Notes: generated by a model from the sequence alone, not told the origin. 64,000 nt of DNA from Octopus vulgaris (GCA_951406725.2 OX597825.1:32860001-32924000), one strand, 5' to 3'; shown: positions 1-12,838, numbered from the stretch's first letter. Translations and numbers: made by a program.

Positions 1-39
1 TAAGTCTAGGATAAGTATATATGTATATATAAGTATATA

Positions 40-76
<37 letters not shown>

Positions 77-135
77 TGTATGCAGGTGCGTACACGTATA
101 CATATGCATATATGCATATACAAGCAGATACACGC

Positions 136-176
<41 letters not shown>

Positions 177-236
177 TAGATACATAAATGCATGCATACA
201 TGCATATATACCTCCGTACCTATATGTATATGTATA

Positions 237-273
<37 letters not shown>

Positions 274-613
274 CATATAGTATTACAATTGAATTGAGAG
301 TGTTGGACGAGGAGTGAATTCTGTCTCGAGCATTCTGAGTGATTAAATTTGAAAAGTACGTGTCATATTGGCCGGAAGAAGGACTAGAGAAAACAATTAC
401 AAAAGCCGTCTACTACCGGTATAATTCTGACGATAAGATAGGACGTGACTTGGCGTACGCTAACCTGTCTTGGCTCAACACGGTCCGGGAGGAGTAACGT
501 AACTATCTTCTCTTATTATCCACCCGCAGACAAACACCCAGAGCTGCCATCGTATCAACAACACGCGTACACACACACAAACACACAAACACACACAGAT
601 ACTATTTGTGTGT

Positions 614-767
614 GTAGCTGTGTGGTAAGAAACTTGCTTCCCAACCCCACGGTTCCAGGTTGAGTCCCACTGCGTGGCACCTTGGGCAAGCGTCTTATAC
701 TATAGCCTCGAGCCGACCAAAGCCTTGTGAGTAGATTTGGAAGACGAAAACTGAAAGAAGCCCGTTG
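614..767 (+). mobile_element. tRNA-headed SINE family B, head part (CORE-like)
   Basis: gtagctgtgtggtaag...ggttccaggttgagtcccactgcgtggcaccttgggcaag...; near-identical copies at 13991, 22375, 44311, 63312. The accttgggcaag segment resembles the CORE-SINE domain. Confidence 0.8.
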
Positions 768-794
768 TACATATATAAATATATATATATATAA

Positions 795-1010
795 AGGGAA
801 AGTTTACAAAAATAAACAAAAGACGAAGGCAGGTGGAGTACAAACAAACAAATGTATTAGTATAGCGCTTAGGAATAGAAAAAGTCCTTTACGTTTCGAG
901 CCTACTCTCTTCGATAGAAAGATACACAGAAAAAAACAAGGAGAGAAACAAAGAAAGAAAAAAATGCGTGTAGGAGCTAACGATCTATCATGGCGTCCTG
1001 ACTTCGGACA
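795..1010 (-). mobile_element. Penelope-terminal-repeat-like module family E with degenerate HHR (886-921)
   Basis: Homologous to 14250-14420, 27200-27420, 34440-34670. Minus strand reads cttt-CTATCGA-a-gagagtaggctc-GAAACGT-A-aagg. Flanked by (TA)n. Confidence 0.6.
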
Positions 1011-1505
1011 TATATATATATTTCTGTATGTATGTATTGTACACACATTGTACGCAGCACAGCATAAATCAGAAGAACTGAAATATATTTAAACGCTTCA
1101 AAGCTTCGCTGGAGATTAAATAAGACCGTAACGAAATTCTTCTCTTTTACGTTGCGTTGCGCATAAAATAGTTTTGTTTAATTTATGACAAGCAGTCAAA
1201 AGTGCATATAGGCAAATCAAGCTGTCCCAGCCTGGTGCTAGTCTAATTTATGACTGCTTTATGATACAGCTGGTGCATGCGTTTACGTTCATGCTTAACT
1301 AACAGCATGGCTTAATAATGCTTATATTATATTAAATTTGGGAGAGAGAAAAATTACTTATATGCGTTGCAAAACTTCGTGTTTTATGATATTAGTAAAG
1401 GGAGTAGTATCCTTGAATACATTCAACACAGTTATTGAGTGCTTCTTTTCTTTGTTTTGCAAATTTAAATATACATTTACACGCATCATTCACAATAGGT
1501 TGAAT

Positions 1506-1664
1506 ACATACATACATACATACATACATACATACATACATACATACATACATACATGCATACATACGTACGTACGTACGTACATACATACATACATACA
1601 TACATACATACATACATACATACATACATACATACATACATACATACATACATACATACATACA
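1506..1664. repeat. (TACA)n microsatellite
   Basis: Direct reading; similar tracts at 6293-6530, 57420-57540, 63460-63690. Confidence 0.98.
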
Positions 1665-1944
1665 CTCAGGTTTGGTCAAATTGCTGAATAAACCTCTGAT
1701 GAGAACTCAATAAGTTTCAAACATCGATTAAGTCTGTTCATTTTTTTCAATTTATAGAGAAATAACTAAATACCATTGAGGTTACATATGTGTTTCTAAG
1801 TGTGAATGTGTGTGTATGTATGTATGTATGTATGTATGTATGTATGTATGAATGTGTATGTATGTATGTATATAAGTATATACATACATAATTACACAAA
1901 CACACACAAGCACACACAAACACCCCCTACACACACACATCTGA

Positions 1945-2160
1945 AAGGTTTAGACGTTTGTTTTGCTTCATAACAACGAGGTCTTGGGTACCTTCTCACT
2001 GCACGGTCAAATGTCAGATTTGATCCAACTGTAAAGAAGGCCACCGGGTCAGCTGTAATCGTAAGTCAAATGTATGTTTTGGTCATACACAATGCCTCGC
2101 TGGTTCTGCTTGAGAACTGCGGTAAGTGTACACGTGTCTGTGGAATGCTCAACCATTTAC
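1945..2160 (+). mobile_element. Degenerate SINE family D
   Basis: gagaactgcggtaagtgtacacgtgtctgtggaatgctcaacc matches the tail of the minus-strand copy at 48830-49080. Confidence 0.55.
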
Positions 2161-2382
2161 AGGAAAATTTTGGAACGGATACTTTTGTTGATGGGACAAC
2201 TGAATGCTCATCGTCGACATCAATGGAGATCCACTACCACCAAATTACTCTGTAAACTTCTTTGTATATGCTTTGAGTGACTCATAAATCTGACCTGCGT
2301 TGCTTGTAAAGTTAACATTTTCATGTGACATTCCTTAATGGCTGACCTAACGAACGTGTCCAAAACTTTTTGTAGCAAGAAG

Positions 2383-2790
2383 GCGGCCGGCAGGCAGAAT
2401 CGTCACAATGGTGGACAAAATGCGTAGCGGCATTTCCTCCGACTTTACGTTCTGAGTTCAAATGTCACCGAGGATGAAATAAATACTAGTTAAGCACTGG
2501 GTTCCATGTAATCGACTTGCACCCTTCCCAAAATTGCTGGCTTTGTGCCAAAATTTGACACTAATATTTTTAGCAGCAAGGGTAGTGGATTGGCGGAAGA
2601 GTTATAGCTTCGGATAAAATCTGATGCAGTATTTAGTTGCTGCAACCTTTTATGTTCTGAGTTCAAATCCAGCAGAGGTCAACACACGTTTTATCTTTTT
2701 GTTGCCATTCATTTAATCGACTAAAATCCCCCACCCCGACTCAGTTCTGTGGCTATAATCCTTTGCTCCCGCTAAATGCTAGAAATCGAT
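2383..2790 (+). mobile_element. Two old, degenerate SINE family A copies in tandem
   Basis: ggcaggcagaatcg...ttacgttctgagttcaaat and ggattggcggaagagtt...gttctgagttcaaatcc (B-box-like). Confidence 0.65.
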
Positions 2791-3246
2791 ATTTCTTGTA
2801 TCAGAACACGAATCCAACAGCTTCACTTGTAACCGTTGCACCCCTTAGAAGTCCCTTTAATCTTTCCACCCGATTGCCCTATACTCAATCAATTTACACT
2901 GATTGATCGCTACCGTATTTCGCAGGTAATTATTTGAAAATTATTTAAAACACCGCTTACACTCGTTTTTGAATTTTCTTTCTTTCCTTTTGCAATTCCC
3001 TTAGGAGAGATGTCTTTGACTTGATCCCGGTGAGCATGTTCTTTCAGAAATGACGCATTTGCTTCATGGAAAACATTAGAATCCTAATTAGGCGGCAAGT
3101 TAGCAAGGTTGTTAGAACATCGGAGAGAATGGCTTATGGTATTCGTTCGAAATTTCTGAGTTCAACTCTCTCCGAGGTGAAGTTTACATTTCATCCTTTC
3201 GAGGTCGATAAATACAATCCTGTACTAGGATCGATTTCTCCCTCTT

Positions 3247-3319
<73 letters not shown>

Positions 3320-3920
3320 CCATTAAGAAATCATTTCTATCCAAACCTACCTACGAACGGACTCCACCAAGTTTAAAATGCTCGCCACACACTGTTATGT
3401 CACAATGTTGTCTCTCTGACTCAGCCAGGATTTGCGAAGCTTGAAGAAGGAATCTTCTAACCATTTTGTCCTCCTAAGTCAGAATACTTTACAACTAGAA
3501 AACTTGTGTAAACTAAACACTACTATTATAGCCATACAGTTCTTGCAGTCTCGCTAAACTCAACTCAGCTGCGCAGTCTGGCGTTCGGATCAAATTCTCT
3601 GGTTTAAACAGGCTGAAAACCTATCAGTATGATCCATTATGTTATAATATATTCGTTTGTAATTTCAAACAGGAGTAAAAATAATATTACTGTTAACTCA
3701 TCTTCAACAATAGAGCTGATGGCTGTTTAAGTGAAAGTTTACGTAACTTCGTTACGACGAACAAGTCACCCCTGACCCTTTGTACGCGTTGGCAATGAAA
3801 CTATTTTATTGAAGAAAACTTCTAGGTGTTTGCCCAACCTTTTGGAAATAACAGCCAAATCAGCCCCCTTAGAAAAAAAAAGCTAATAAATATACCATAA
3901 AATAAGAGATTCTTAAATAT

Positions 3921-3982
<62 letters not shown>

Positions 3983-4018
3983 TGCGTGAGAGAGAGAGGG
4001 GGAGAGGGAGAGAGAGAG

Positions 4019-4333
4019 GGAGAAACAAAGCAAAAAATGGAACAAGAACGTAACAGGCGACAACAAAAACATCCGGACAGTTAGCTGATACAAAAAATGG
4101 ACAGAAAAAACAAGGACGAGTCATTCTGAGCTTTCTTTCTTCAGTCGAGTTTCAGGTCGTTGTTGCAGTGTAACCGGCCGAAACTGCAACGACGATCTGG
4201 AACTAGACTGAGGAAAGAAAGTTTCCAATGATCCGTCCTTGTTTTTTCCTCTCCTTTTTTGTATCGTCTAACTGTCCTGATGTTTTGTTGTCGCCTGTTA
4301 CTTTCTTGTTCCATTTGTTGTTTTGTTTTCTCC
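4019..4333. repeat. About 315 bp imperfect palindrome (fold-back element)
   Basis: Left arm aaatggaacaagaacgtaacaggcgacaacaaaaacatccggacagttag... is the reverse complement of right arm ...ctaactgtcctgatgttttgttgtcgcctgttactttcttgttccattt; centre about 4172. Related single copy at about 13500-13720. Confidence 0.9.
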
Positions 4334-4391
4334 TATATATAGATATGCCGCTATATATAGATATAGCGGCATACGTACACTTTTAGTCTCT

Positions 4392-4475
<84 letters not shown>

Positions 4476-4532
4476 AATGTAGTCTAATATATATATATAT
4501 ATATATATAAATATACATATATTAGATAATGT

Positions 4533-4680
4533 AATCTGAAATGTGTTATATCTGAAATAGTTACAGCTGAAATATACTACATTTTAAATGCATGATAGCT
4601 GAAACAAATACAATATATCTGAAATACGCCATAAATAAAATACGTTATATCTGAAATATGCTATATCTGATATGAAAACT
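4533..4680. repeat. Degenerate minisatellite, about 16-20 bp unit (tatatctgaaata...)
   Basis: Recurring atctgaaat/agctgaaa cores at roughly regular spacing. Confidence 0.7.
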
Positions 4681-5474
4681 GATGATCACAGTCAGAAGAA
4701 TTCTGATGACAGGACAGCTCCCTAAGGGTTGATCTGACGCAAAACCCCTCATAAATTAGCTGATATAATCTCTGTGACAGTTCTCACCCTAAGATAGATA
4801 CAAATAAAACAGCCCTAAAGATAAACTTGTTTTGCAATTATATTCGAAGTTGTATATATTCAGGTATCGAGATTTTTGTATCAGGCTCATTGAAAAAGAA
4901 AAATCACGTTACTGAAAGGGAAGAAAAATACATTTATTGGAAGAAAAAGCATAAAAATTCTGTGTTGTAAGTTATCATCAGGTTTTGGCTTTCACGTGTT
5001 CAAAGTCGCTGGTGAATATCTAGCAAATTGATTTCGATGCCAACTCCACGACAGCCTCGGGATATGGTCTTTGGAATATTTTGTAAGGTTATATTGCTTT
5101 CTACATCAATGTTCTGACTTTGTTGATTCTCGAAATTCTTTTGGACGCTTTCCCATCCAAAACAAGGGCAGGTCTTGCTCCTTGTGACCTTCAACGCAAG
5201 TCGTTATAAAATCGTAAATATGAATTGTACATGCACAGACATATGCATATATGTATACATGTATTATGTATTTATGTGCATATGTATGTACATGTGTGCG
5301 TGTATGCATGTGTGCATATGTATGTATATACATATGGACAGATAGCAAGCGGGGGGAACAGGGAAAGTGAGCGAGAGGTTAATAAATAAAAGGAATGTCA
5401 ATTTTTATATTTACAACCTAGACTTATATCAGCATTACTTGAAGTTTCACACACAACACATACATACACACACA

Positions 5475-5519
<45 letters not shown>

Positions 5520-5545
5520 GTATATATATATATATATATATATAC

Positions 5546-5600
<55 letters not shown>

Positions 5601-5664
5601 GATAGATAAATAGATAGATATGTATGTATGTATGTATGTATGTTGATGTGGTTGTGTGTGTGTG

Positions 5665-5860
5665 TGTCTTTGTATTTTTGTTTCTCCCCATACAACTGGT
5701 GTTGCTGTGTTTACATCCCCGTAACTTTGTGGTTCGGCAAAAGAGACTGATAGAATGCATACAAGCCTTTGTGCTGGTGTTGATTCGCTCGATTGCAAAT
5801 TCTTGAAGACGGTGCTCCAGCAGCGCCACAGTGTAATGGCTGAAACAAATAAAGAATACA
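5665..5860 (+). mobile_element. SINE B tail segment (family C)
   Basis: tttacatccccgtaactttgtggttcggcaaaagagactgatagaa...gacggtgctccagcagcgccacagtgtaatggctgaaacaaataaag; many copies (8020, 14600, 14990, 35290, 63031). Confidence 0.75.
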
Positions 5861-6401
5861 GGATGAAAGATCAGCATTGTATATGTTCGATACTGGCATA
5901 TCCGTTCGATTACTTTTGCGCGCGCGCATATGTGGGATGGGGGCCAATGTTACACAGACGGACGGACAAACAGGCAGACAGACACACAGACACACAGGCA
6001 CACAGATAGATAGATGGATAGATAGATAGATAGATAAGAAACAATTGTTAGACGAAACTCCATATTCGGTGCAATGATGTTGTATAAACAAAAACCAAAA
6101 GCTGTTATGTCAAGACCAAACCATCTGTTTGGGTAAGATAGGTTCTACCGACTCTAATTAAAATTCTAAATATTAATTATTAAAAAGAAAATGAAAACAA
6201 TTTCCATTTCATGATTAAAATAAAAATGTAAGACAAGAAATGAAATGAATAATTAAGTGATTATTATTGTTAGACAGGCACAATTTTCTTCAATACATAC
6301 ATACATACATACATACATACATACATACATACATACATACATACATACATACATACATGCATGCATACATACATACATACATACATACATACATACATAC
6401 A

Positions 6402-6435
<34 letters not shown>

Positions 6436-6501
6436 CATGCATACATACATACATACATACATACATACATACATACATACATACATACATACATACATAC
6501 A

Positions 6502-6532
<31 letters not shown>

Positions 6533-7304
6533 CATAAGAGGTAGCATAGCTAAGCTACCTTGATTAAATACTGTCACAAAGAAGAATTCCTGCCACTGTT
6601 CTTTGTCATACCATTCCTTATAGAAGGTGTGTGTGTGTGATACATTGTTGCCATAGGTGAATGACCTTATTTTCAGAGACATTTTTGTGATGACTTTAAA
6701 CAGCAATAATAATGAATATTAATAAATATATAGAATTTATGCGAATCAGTGAGTGTTTACATACATATGTGCATACCTATATATAACATACATATATGTG
6801 TGTAGGGAGGGGGGTGTAACATAAAGGAATCGGGATTCACAATCCGGGCATGTACCTTATAAGCACTCAGATACAATTCATACCTGGCCAACCACATCGA
6901 ATGGCAAGGAACATTCAGGATCGTTTAAGATAAACCGCCAACCTGTACTTCATTCGATAGGTAAATCTTGAGTTTGTTTCATTGGATTTCATATTGTAAA
7001 GAGATTGTATAATCAAGACATCATAAGGAAGAGTGGAGAATCATACCTCTTCACCATTTATTTATTAACGTATTTCCTTCGTATCCAATTCCGACAAGTA
7101 TTTCTGCTGTATAAGCGTCCTAGTGTGCTTTGATGCATCAGATACGTGCATTGAGCTGATTTATATTAAATCAACTTGGAACACATTCAAATCTAAAGGT
7201 TGACAAATCCTAAGCAGCTTTAATTGAGGTGTAACCCATACAGGTGGGTGAACATGTATAATTCTTCATTCTTCATTATATGCATACATACATACATACA
7301 TACA

Positions 7305-7340
<36 letters not shown>

Positions 7341-7357
7341 GGACATACATACATACG

Positions 7358-7414
<57 letters not shown>

Positions 7415-7499
7415 CGTTAGATGCTGATCGTTGTGGTTAGCCGTTAACTTAACTTGGAGCTAATACGGTATCCGCCCGGATAATATCCTTCCAAATTCA

Positions 7500-7586
<87 letters not shown>

Positions 7587-7607
7587 TTATATATATACAC
7601 ACATGCA

Positions 7608-7864
7608 TACTTCGTTTTTGGATTTGGTTTGCAAGATTCTTTATGTGAGTTCGTGAGTCAAAGTATATTTTGTTGTGTCTGGGGAGAGTCGTTCTCTTTT
7701 AGTGCCTTATTATTTAACACACTCACCGGTAAAGTTTTCATTCATTTACTTATTTATTTTTTCTTAAAATTTTCGTTGCGTCTTGCAACCTTTTCAATAG
7801 TCGACTTTACCGGTGAGTGTGTTAAATAATAAGGCACTAAAAGAGAATGACTCTCCCCAGACAC

Positions 7865-7868
<4 letters not shown>
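7608..7868 (-). mobile_element. Fold-back Penelope-end-like module with U3-A8 HHR variant
   Basis: Inverted arms about 7673-7736 / 7805-7867. HHR-like motif on minus strand at 7765-7799. (TA)n on both sides. Confidence 0.65.
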
Positions 7869-7911
<43 letters not shown>

Positions 7912-8301
7912 GCCTTGTTTTTTGTGTGTTGCATTCGCGATCGCGAGAGCGTTGTTTCAATTCTTAGACCGGGTGCTTCTTGTGTTTTTGAGCAAAAACA
8001 CTTCAATGGAGGCTGTATTTTTAGGTCTCCGTAACTTAGCAGTTCGGCAAAACGGACCAACAGAATAAGTATTAGGCTTACAAAGAATAAGTCCTGGGAG
8101 TCAGTTTGTTTGACGAAAAGGCGGTGCTCCAGCATGGCCGCTGTCAAATGACTGAAACAAATAAAAGAATAACAAAAGAATAATATACTATTATATATAT
8201 TTATTCTAGGAGGTGATAAGTTCAAAAAGAATTTATGTCTGACCAGTTAGAATAAAGCACTCAAAGGCATGTCTGTGCGTGGATAAGAAAAACTATTTGA
8301 G

Positions 8302-8440
8302 CCATAATCGTTTGTCCGACAAAGTATATTCTGTTTCGGCCATGACTTGTCAGGAAGGAACAAAATTTAGGAGGTATTCCTTCGTCCCCTATCAGCCATA
8401 TGTGAAACAGAATATATTTTGTCGGACTAACGATTATGGA
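8302..8440. repeat. Inverted repeat containing HHR-like half sites
   Basis: ccataatcgtttgtccgacaaagtatattctgtttc / gaaacagaatatattttgtcggactaacgattatgg. Minus strand 8315-8356: ttc-CTGACAA-gtcatggcc-GAAA-cagaatatactttg-TC-gga. Confidence 0.7.
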
Positions 8441-8543
8441 TTAAGCATTTTTTAAATATAATCTATTTATATATTTACATACACATACGCACTCACACTT
8501 TCACGCATACATTCACACACATTCATTCGTATATATAAGTGTG

Positions 8544-8575
<32 letters not shown>

Positions 8576-9268
8576 TGTATGTATGTATGTATGTATGTAT
8601 GTATGTATGTATGTATGTATGCATGTATGTATGTATGTACATATAACATTGTCTCTATACACACATATATATACCCTTGTCATTGTGTCTTATAGAAACC
8701 GATCAACTAACATCCCTGTTTTCTGATTGGTATATTTTCTTACAGGTATTTATTTGATATTAAGTTCATCGAGGCAAAGTGTAAATATCATTACAGTATA
8801 TAAACCAATACGTTCGGATATCATAGAAGGTGTAATCAGGCAACGAAAAATAATCGAAGTAGATTATGTGGCATTCATTCTTTCTCTAAATTAGCATTAA
8901 TGACACACATAAGCCCCAAAACTGGTGACCAAAAAACAATAACGGGAACTGGGTGTTGAGCGGATATGCCCGCGGTATTGGAACGGAGGGGGTGTTTTGT
9001 AAAAAGCAGGGCGGTGGAGGTGGGGCGGGCCACTGCTGTCGGATGAGATAGCAGTGAATAATATTGCAGGCACGTGTCAGAGAACGTTGAGTGCAGTTCC
9101 TTACAGGCCTAAAGCATTCATAATAACAGTTTATTGATTATCCTTCGATACCTCTGGCCCTGTTCGCTTCTCTTTTGTAATTCAGACATGAAGAGAGGTA
9201 ACGACGTTGCCGGCCTCCTCCCAATATCATCTTCTCTCACTCCCTCTCTCTCCATCACATTATGTCTC

Positions 9269-9269
<1 letters not shown>

Positions 9270-9314
<45 letters not shown>

Positions 9315-9318
9315 CCAT

Positions 9319-9350
<32 letters not shown>

Positions 9351-9362
9351 TCATCATCGTCG

Positions 9363-9438
<76 letters not shown>

Positions 9439-9892
9439 TATTATTATTATTATTATTATTATCATACTGCTGTTGTTCTTGTTACTGTTAACGGTAATGA
9501 TGCTGTTTTGGTTCATTGTCAATATGAATACTACTACTACTACTACTACTCTGTACAGCGTGAGAACAGGGTGGCGAAGTGAGGGAGGTGGAGAGGACAG
9601 CATCAAACAATATGTCTTTCGTAGTATTAAACCAAGCGATGACGATACTCGTCGAGTACGGCAACGACAAAGACGACGACGACGACGATGATGATGATGA
9701 TGGCGGCGGGTGTGGTGGTGGTGGTGGTCGTGGTGGTGGTCGTGGTGGTGGTCGTGGCGACGGCTAGGTTGAAGGTGTTTGTTAAGGACGAATATAGCGA
9801 AGTTGATCCTAATGAAGTGGAGGCGATGAAGGGGACAACGACGATAGTAATTGCAGAGAATGATATATGGCGAAGGTGGATAATGATGTTGT

Positions 9893-9965
<73 letters not shown>

Positions 9966-10140
9966 AACAACGACGACGATGACGACGACGACATCGACGG
10001 CCAAGATGATGATAATAATGATGATGACAGTGACGATGAAGACACGACGATGACGATGCTGCTGCTACTGCTGCTGTTGGTGATGGTGTTGCTGCTGCTG
10101 CCGCTGATGATGAGGATGATGATGATGATGATGATGTAGC
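9270..10140. repeat. Compound trinucleotide repeat island (CAT/TTA/GAT/GGT/GAC/GCT)
   Basis: Direct reading; interspersed with GC-richer unique spacers. Confidence 0.95.
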
Positions 10141-10184
10141 GGAAACAGTACTGTCCTCATTGAATGCGGTAGCGCGCAGGGTCG

Positions 10185-10225
<41 letters not shown>

Positions 10226-10794
10226 TAGACAACTTACGCACAAATACAAGCATACCTATATATATATACACGCATGTACACACGCACACACATATACATA
10301 TATACACAATTACTCACGCACAAGAACGACAACAACAACAAAACATACGGCCATATTGGAACCTGAACCACACCATTATCACACACACACATACTTATAC
10401 ACTCATACACAACACATACACACAAACATGTAAGCACACAAATTCTGTAGACGCATTCCAAAGGCATTAAACACACACGAGCATGCAAACAAATGCACAC
10501 TGCATGCATATGCATAACACTGCATAAATGGCATTCTTTGTATGCACACGATTCCGTTTATATACGCATTGCATACATATATATACACATATATTTACAA
10601 ACAACAATAAAGGTATTCATATTCTCTTATTCGTTTAGTCTTTTATATGTCTCAGCCCTGAAGCCTCGGTCATGCTGGGGCACCGCCATACACATACATA
10701 CATACATATATATCCATACACTGTACAATCGACATAGATTCAGCGGTGAACAGAGTGTATAAATATATTGCATGTACAGCGCATATACGGAGTG

Positions 10795-11010
10795 CACTAC
10801 ATATCGCGGTTCACCTATCGCGGTTTATTATTTAAGCTTACGTCGATTCATCCGTGGTATTGTTATGCATTTATAATAAAATGAATATATACAAATTATA
10901 AAAATAATTCAAAACATATATACAGTACAGTACTGTTTCTACTTCGCGGACTTTCACCTATCGCAGGCGGTTTTGGAACATAACACCCGCGATAATCGAG
11001 GAATTACTGT
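10795..11010. mobile_element. Tigger/pogo-type MITE relic
   Basis: atatcgcggttcacctatcgcgg ... ttcgcggactttcacctatcgc ... cccgcgataatcgaggaattactgt; end resembles Tigger-class TIR (cgagggattactgta). Left TIR eroded. Confidence 0.6.
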
Positions 11011-11583
11011 TTATAATATATAGACAACACTCGATATACCGACACCGTGTTTCCATACCCTTACATAGTTTCCACTGCATACATACTGATCATGCTACAT
11101 TCACGGATGACACATTACGTTAGGTACAGAGAGCCTTCCTGACACTCACATGCAGCTGACATTGCACCTACATGAGCGTATGTGTGTGTGTTGTGCTTCA
11201 GCGTGTGCGTATCCTTATACATGTGTGTGAGTGCATGTACACACGGTTACCTATACACAGATACAGATATATTATTACTATTATCGTCATTATCATCACC
11301 ATTAATATTTTTATAAATATAATCTACCGGCGCAGTTAATGTATATTTATGCATGCATATACACATATATATGTGCGTGTGTGTTGTGTGTGTGTATGTG
11401 TTTCTATACACAAACACACAAGCATACCGAAGAGATGGTGATGTGGATTTCCACCTCGGCATCCGAAACTCAGAGTTTTATCTTGGCTACCGAATAATTG
11501 TCACATATTATTTTACAGATAAATTTCCTCTATTTATATATTATTGAGGTCTCTTTCTTTCTTTTGTTATCTTATCGTTTTTA

Positions 11584-11619
<36 letters not shown>

Positions 11620-11697
11620 CTCTTGTACTGTCTTATATTCCTCACCACCACTACAAAACTCTATAAAATGGTCAAAACTCATACAGGAACTTAGTTT

Positions 11698-11737
11698 GAT
11701 TTGAAAACCCCACTAGAATGGGAGAAAGCGCTAATGA
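11698..11737 (+). ncRNA. Minimal type I HHR-like motif, U3-A8 variant
   Basis: gat-TTGAAAA-c-ccca-ctagaa-tggg-a-GAAA-GCGC-TA-atga; palindromic stem III AGCGCT; stem I weak. Confidence 0.5.
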
Positions 11738-11920
11738 TCTAAATGATATGATATATATAAAAAATGTAATATACAAATAAATATCTATAAATATAAGCCA
11801 TCCGATCTTCTGAGTACCTCATTTCTTCTGATATATATATATATACCAGGTGGTGCTATTAAGTTAGACATGGCCTGGGCCAATAATGGCCGAAACCTAT
11901 CAAAGTATCAAAGTATCAAA

Positions 11921-12037
<117 letters not shown>

Positions 12038-12543
12038 TATATGTGTATGTATATATATATATATATATATATATAACGTGAATGACTCATACGGATACCC
12101 GCACAATCACACATACAAACACATGCACACACACACTCACACACAAACACACACCTACATACATATACACATAACCTACCTGCAATTCTGGCCAACACGT
12201 ACAAGCTATGCAGCACCAACACACACACACGCACACACGCCCGCACTCACGCACACGCACCTGCACACACACACACAGACAAACACGCGCGCGCGCGCAC
12301 GCACACGCACAGAGGCTGCACAGTCCATTGTTTGTTACAGTGTGCACTGAATACTGCATTCGCATACTCCTGCAGTCTGCATGTAGCTCAGCTATAGGTG
12401 TATGTACTTTAAGATAATGCTCATTATTGATTTATAGTGGCAAGCACCGACATCTTGCCACTGTTTGTTGATCAGCTGACCTGTGACGTTGCTGTGCCCG
12501 CTGCTGCTGCTGCTGCTGCTGTTGTTGCTTGGGTTTTGGTTAC

Positions 12544-12545
12544 CT

Positions 12546-12605
<60 letters not shown>

Positions 12606-12838
12606 ATAGTAGTAGTAGTAGTAGTAGGTGCAATAGTGGCAAAAGACGAAACAGCAGCAGCGACATACCACCACCAGCAGCAGCAGCAGCAGGTGTGGCG
12701 GCGGTGGCGGCGGCGCGGTGCCGGTGTCGACAGCAGCACCACAAGCAGCAGCAGCAGCAGTAGTAGTAGTAGTTGTAGTAGTTGTAGTAACCATGCAAAA
12801 TCTGACTGTCCTTGTAAGTCCGAGACTAGTTTTTCCAT
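12544..12838 (-). CDS. Candidate first coding exon of a secreted or membrane protein (signal peptide plus Thr-rich linker)
   Basis: ATG at 12838: MEKLVSDLQGQSDFAWLLQLLQLLLLLLLLLLVVLLSTPA...TTTT, ending at CAG|GTAAC donor (intron would start 12543, phase 1). No homology evidence; hydrophobic run is microsatellite-encoded. Confidence 0.3.

Noticed and set aside
424-475. CTGACGA followed by an aagatagg/cctgtctt hairpin as an HHR
   Set aside because: No GAAA or UH after the stem.
9118-10221. 367-aa poly-His/Ser/Met ORF as a real protein
   Set aside because: Starts in a (TG)n tract without ATG; openness explained by triplet repeats; no recognisable domain.
11430-11485. HHR-like relic (ggat/atcc, GAAA-CTCAGAG-T); similar relic at 54960-55000
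   Set aside because: Cores too degenerate to call; not counted among the motifs.
11845-11920. ggcc-aataat-ggcc-GAAAC as an HHR
   Set aside because: No core upstream; ends in (tatcaaag)x3, more like a retroposon 3' tail.
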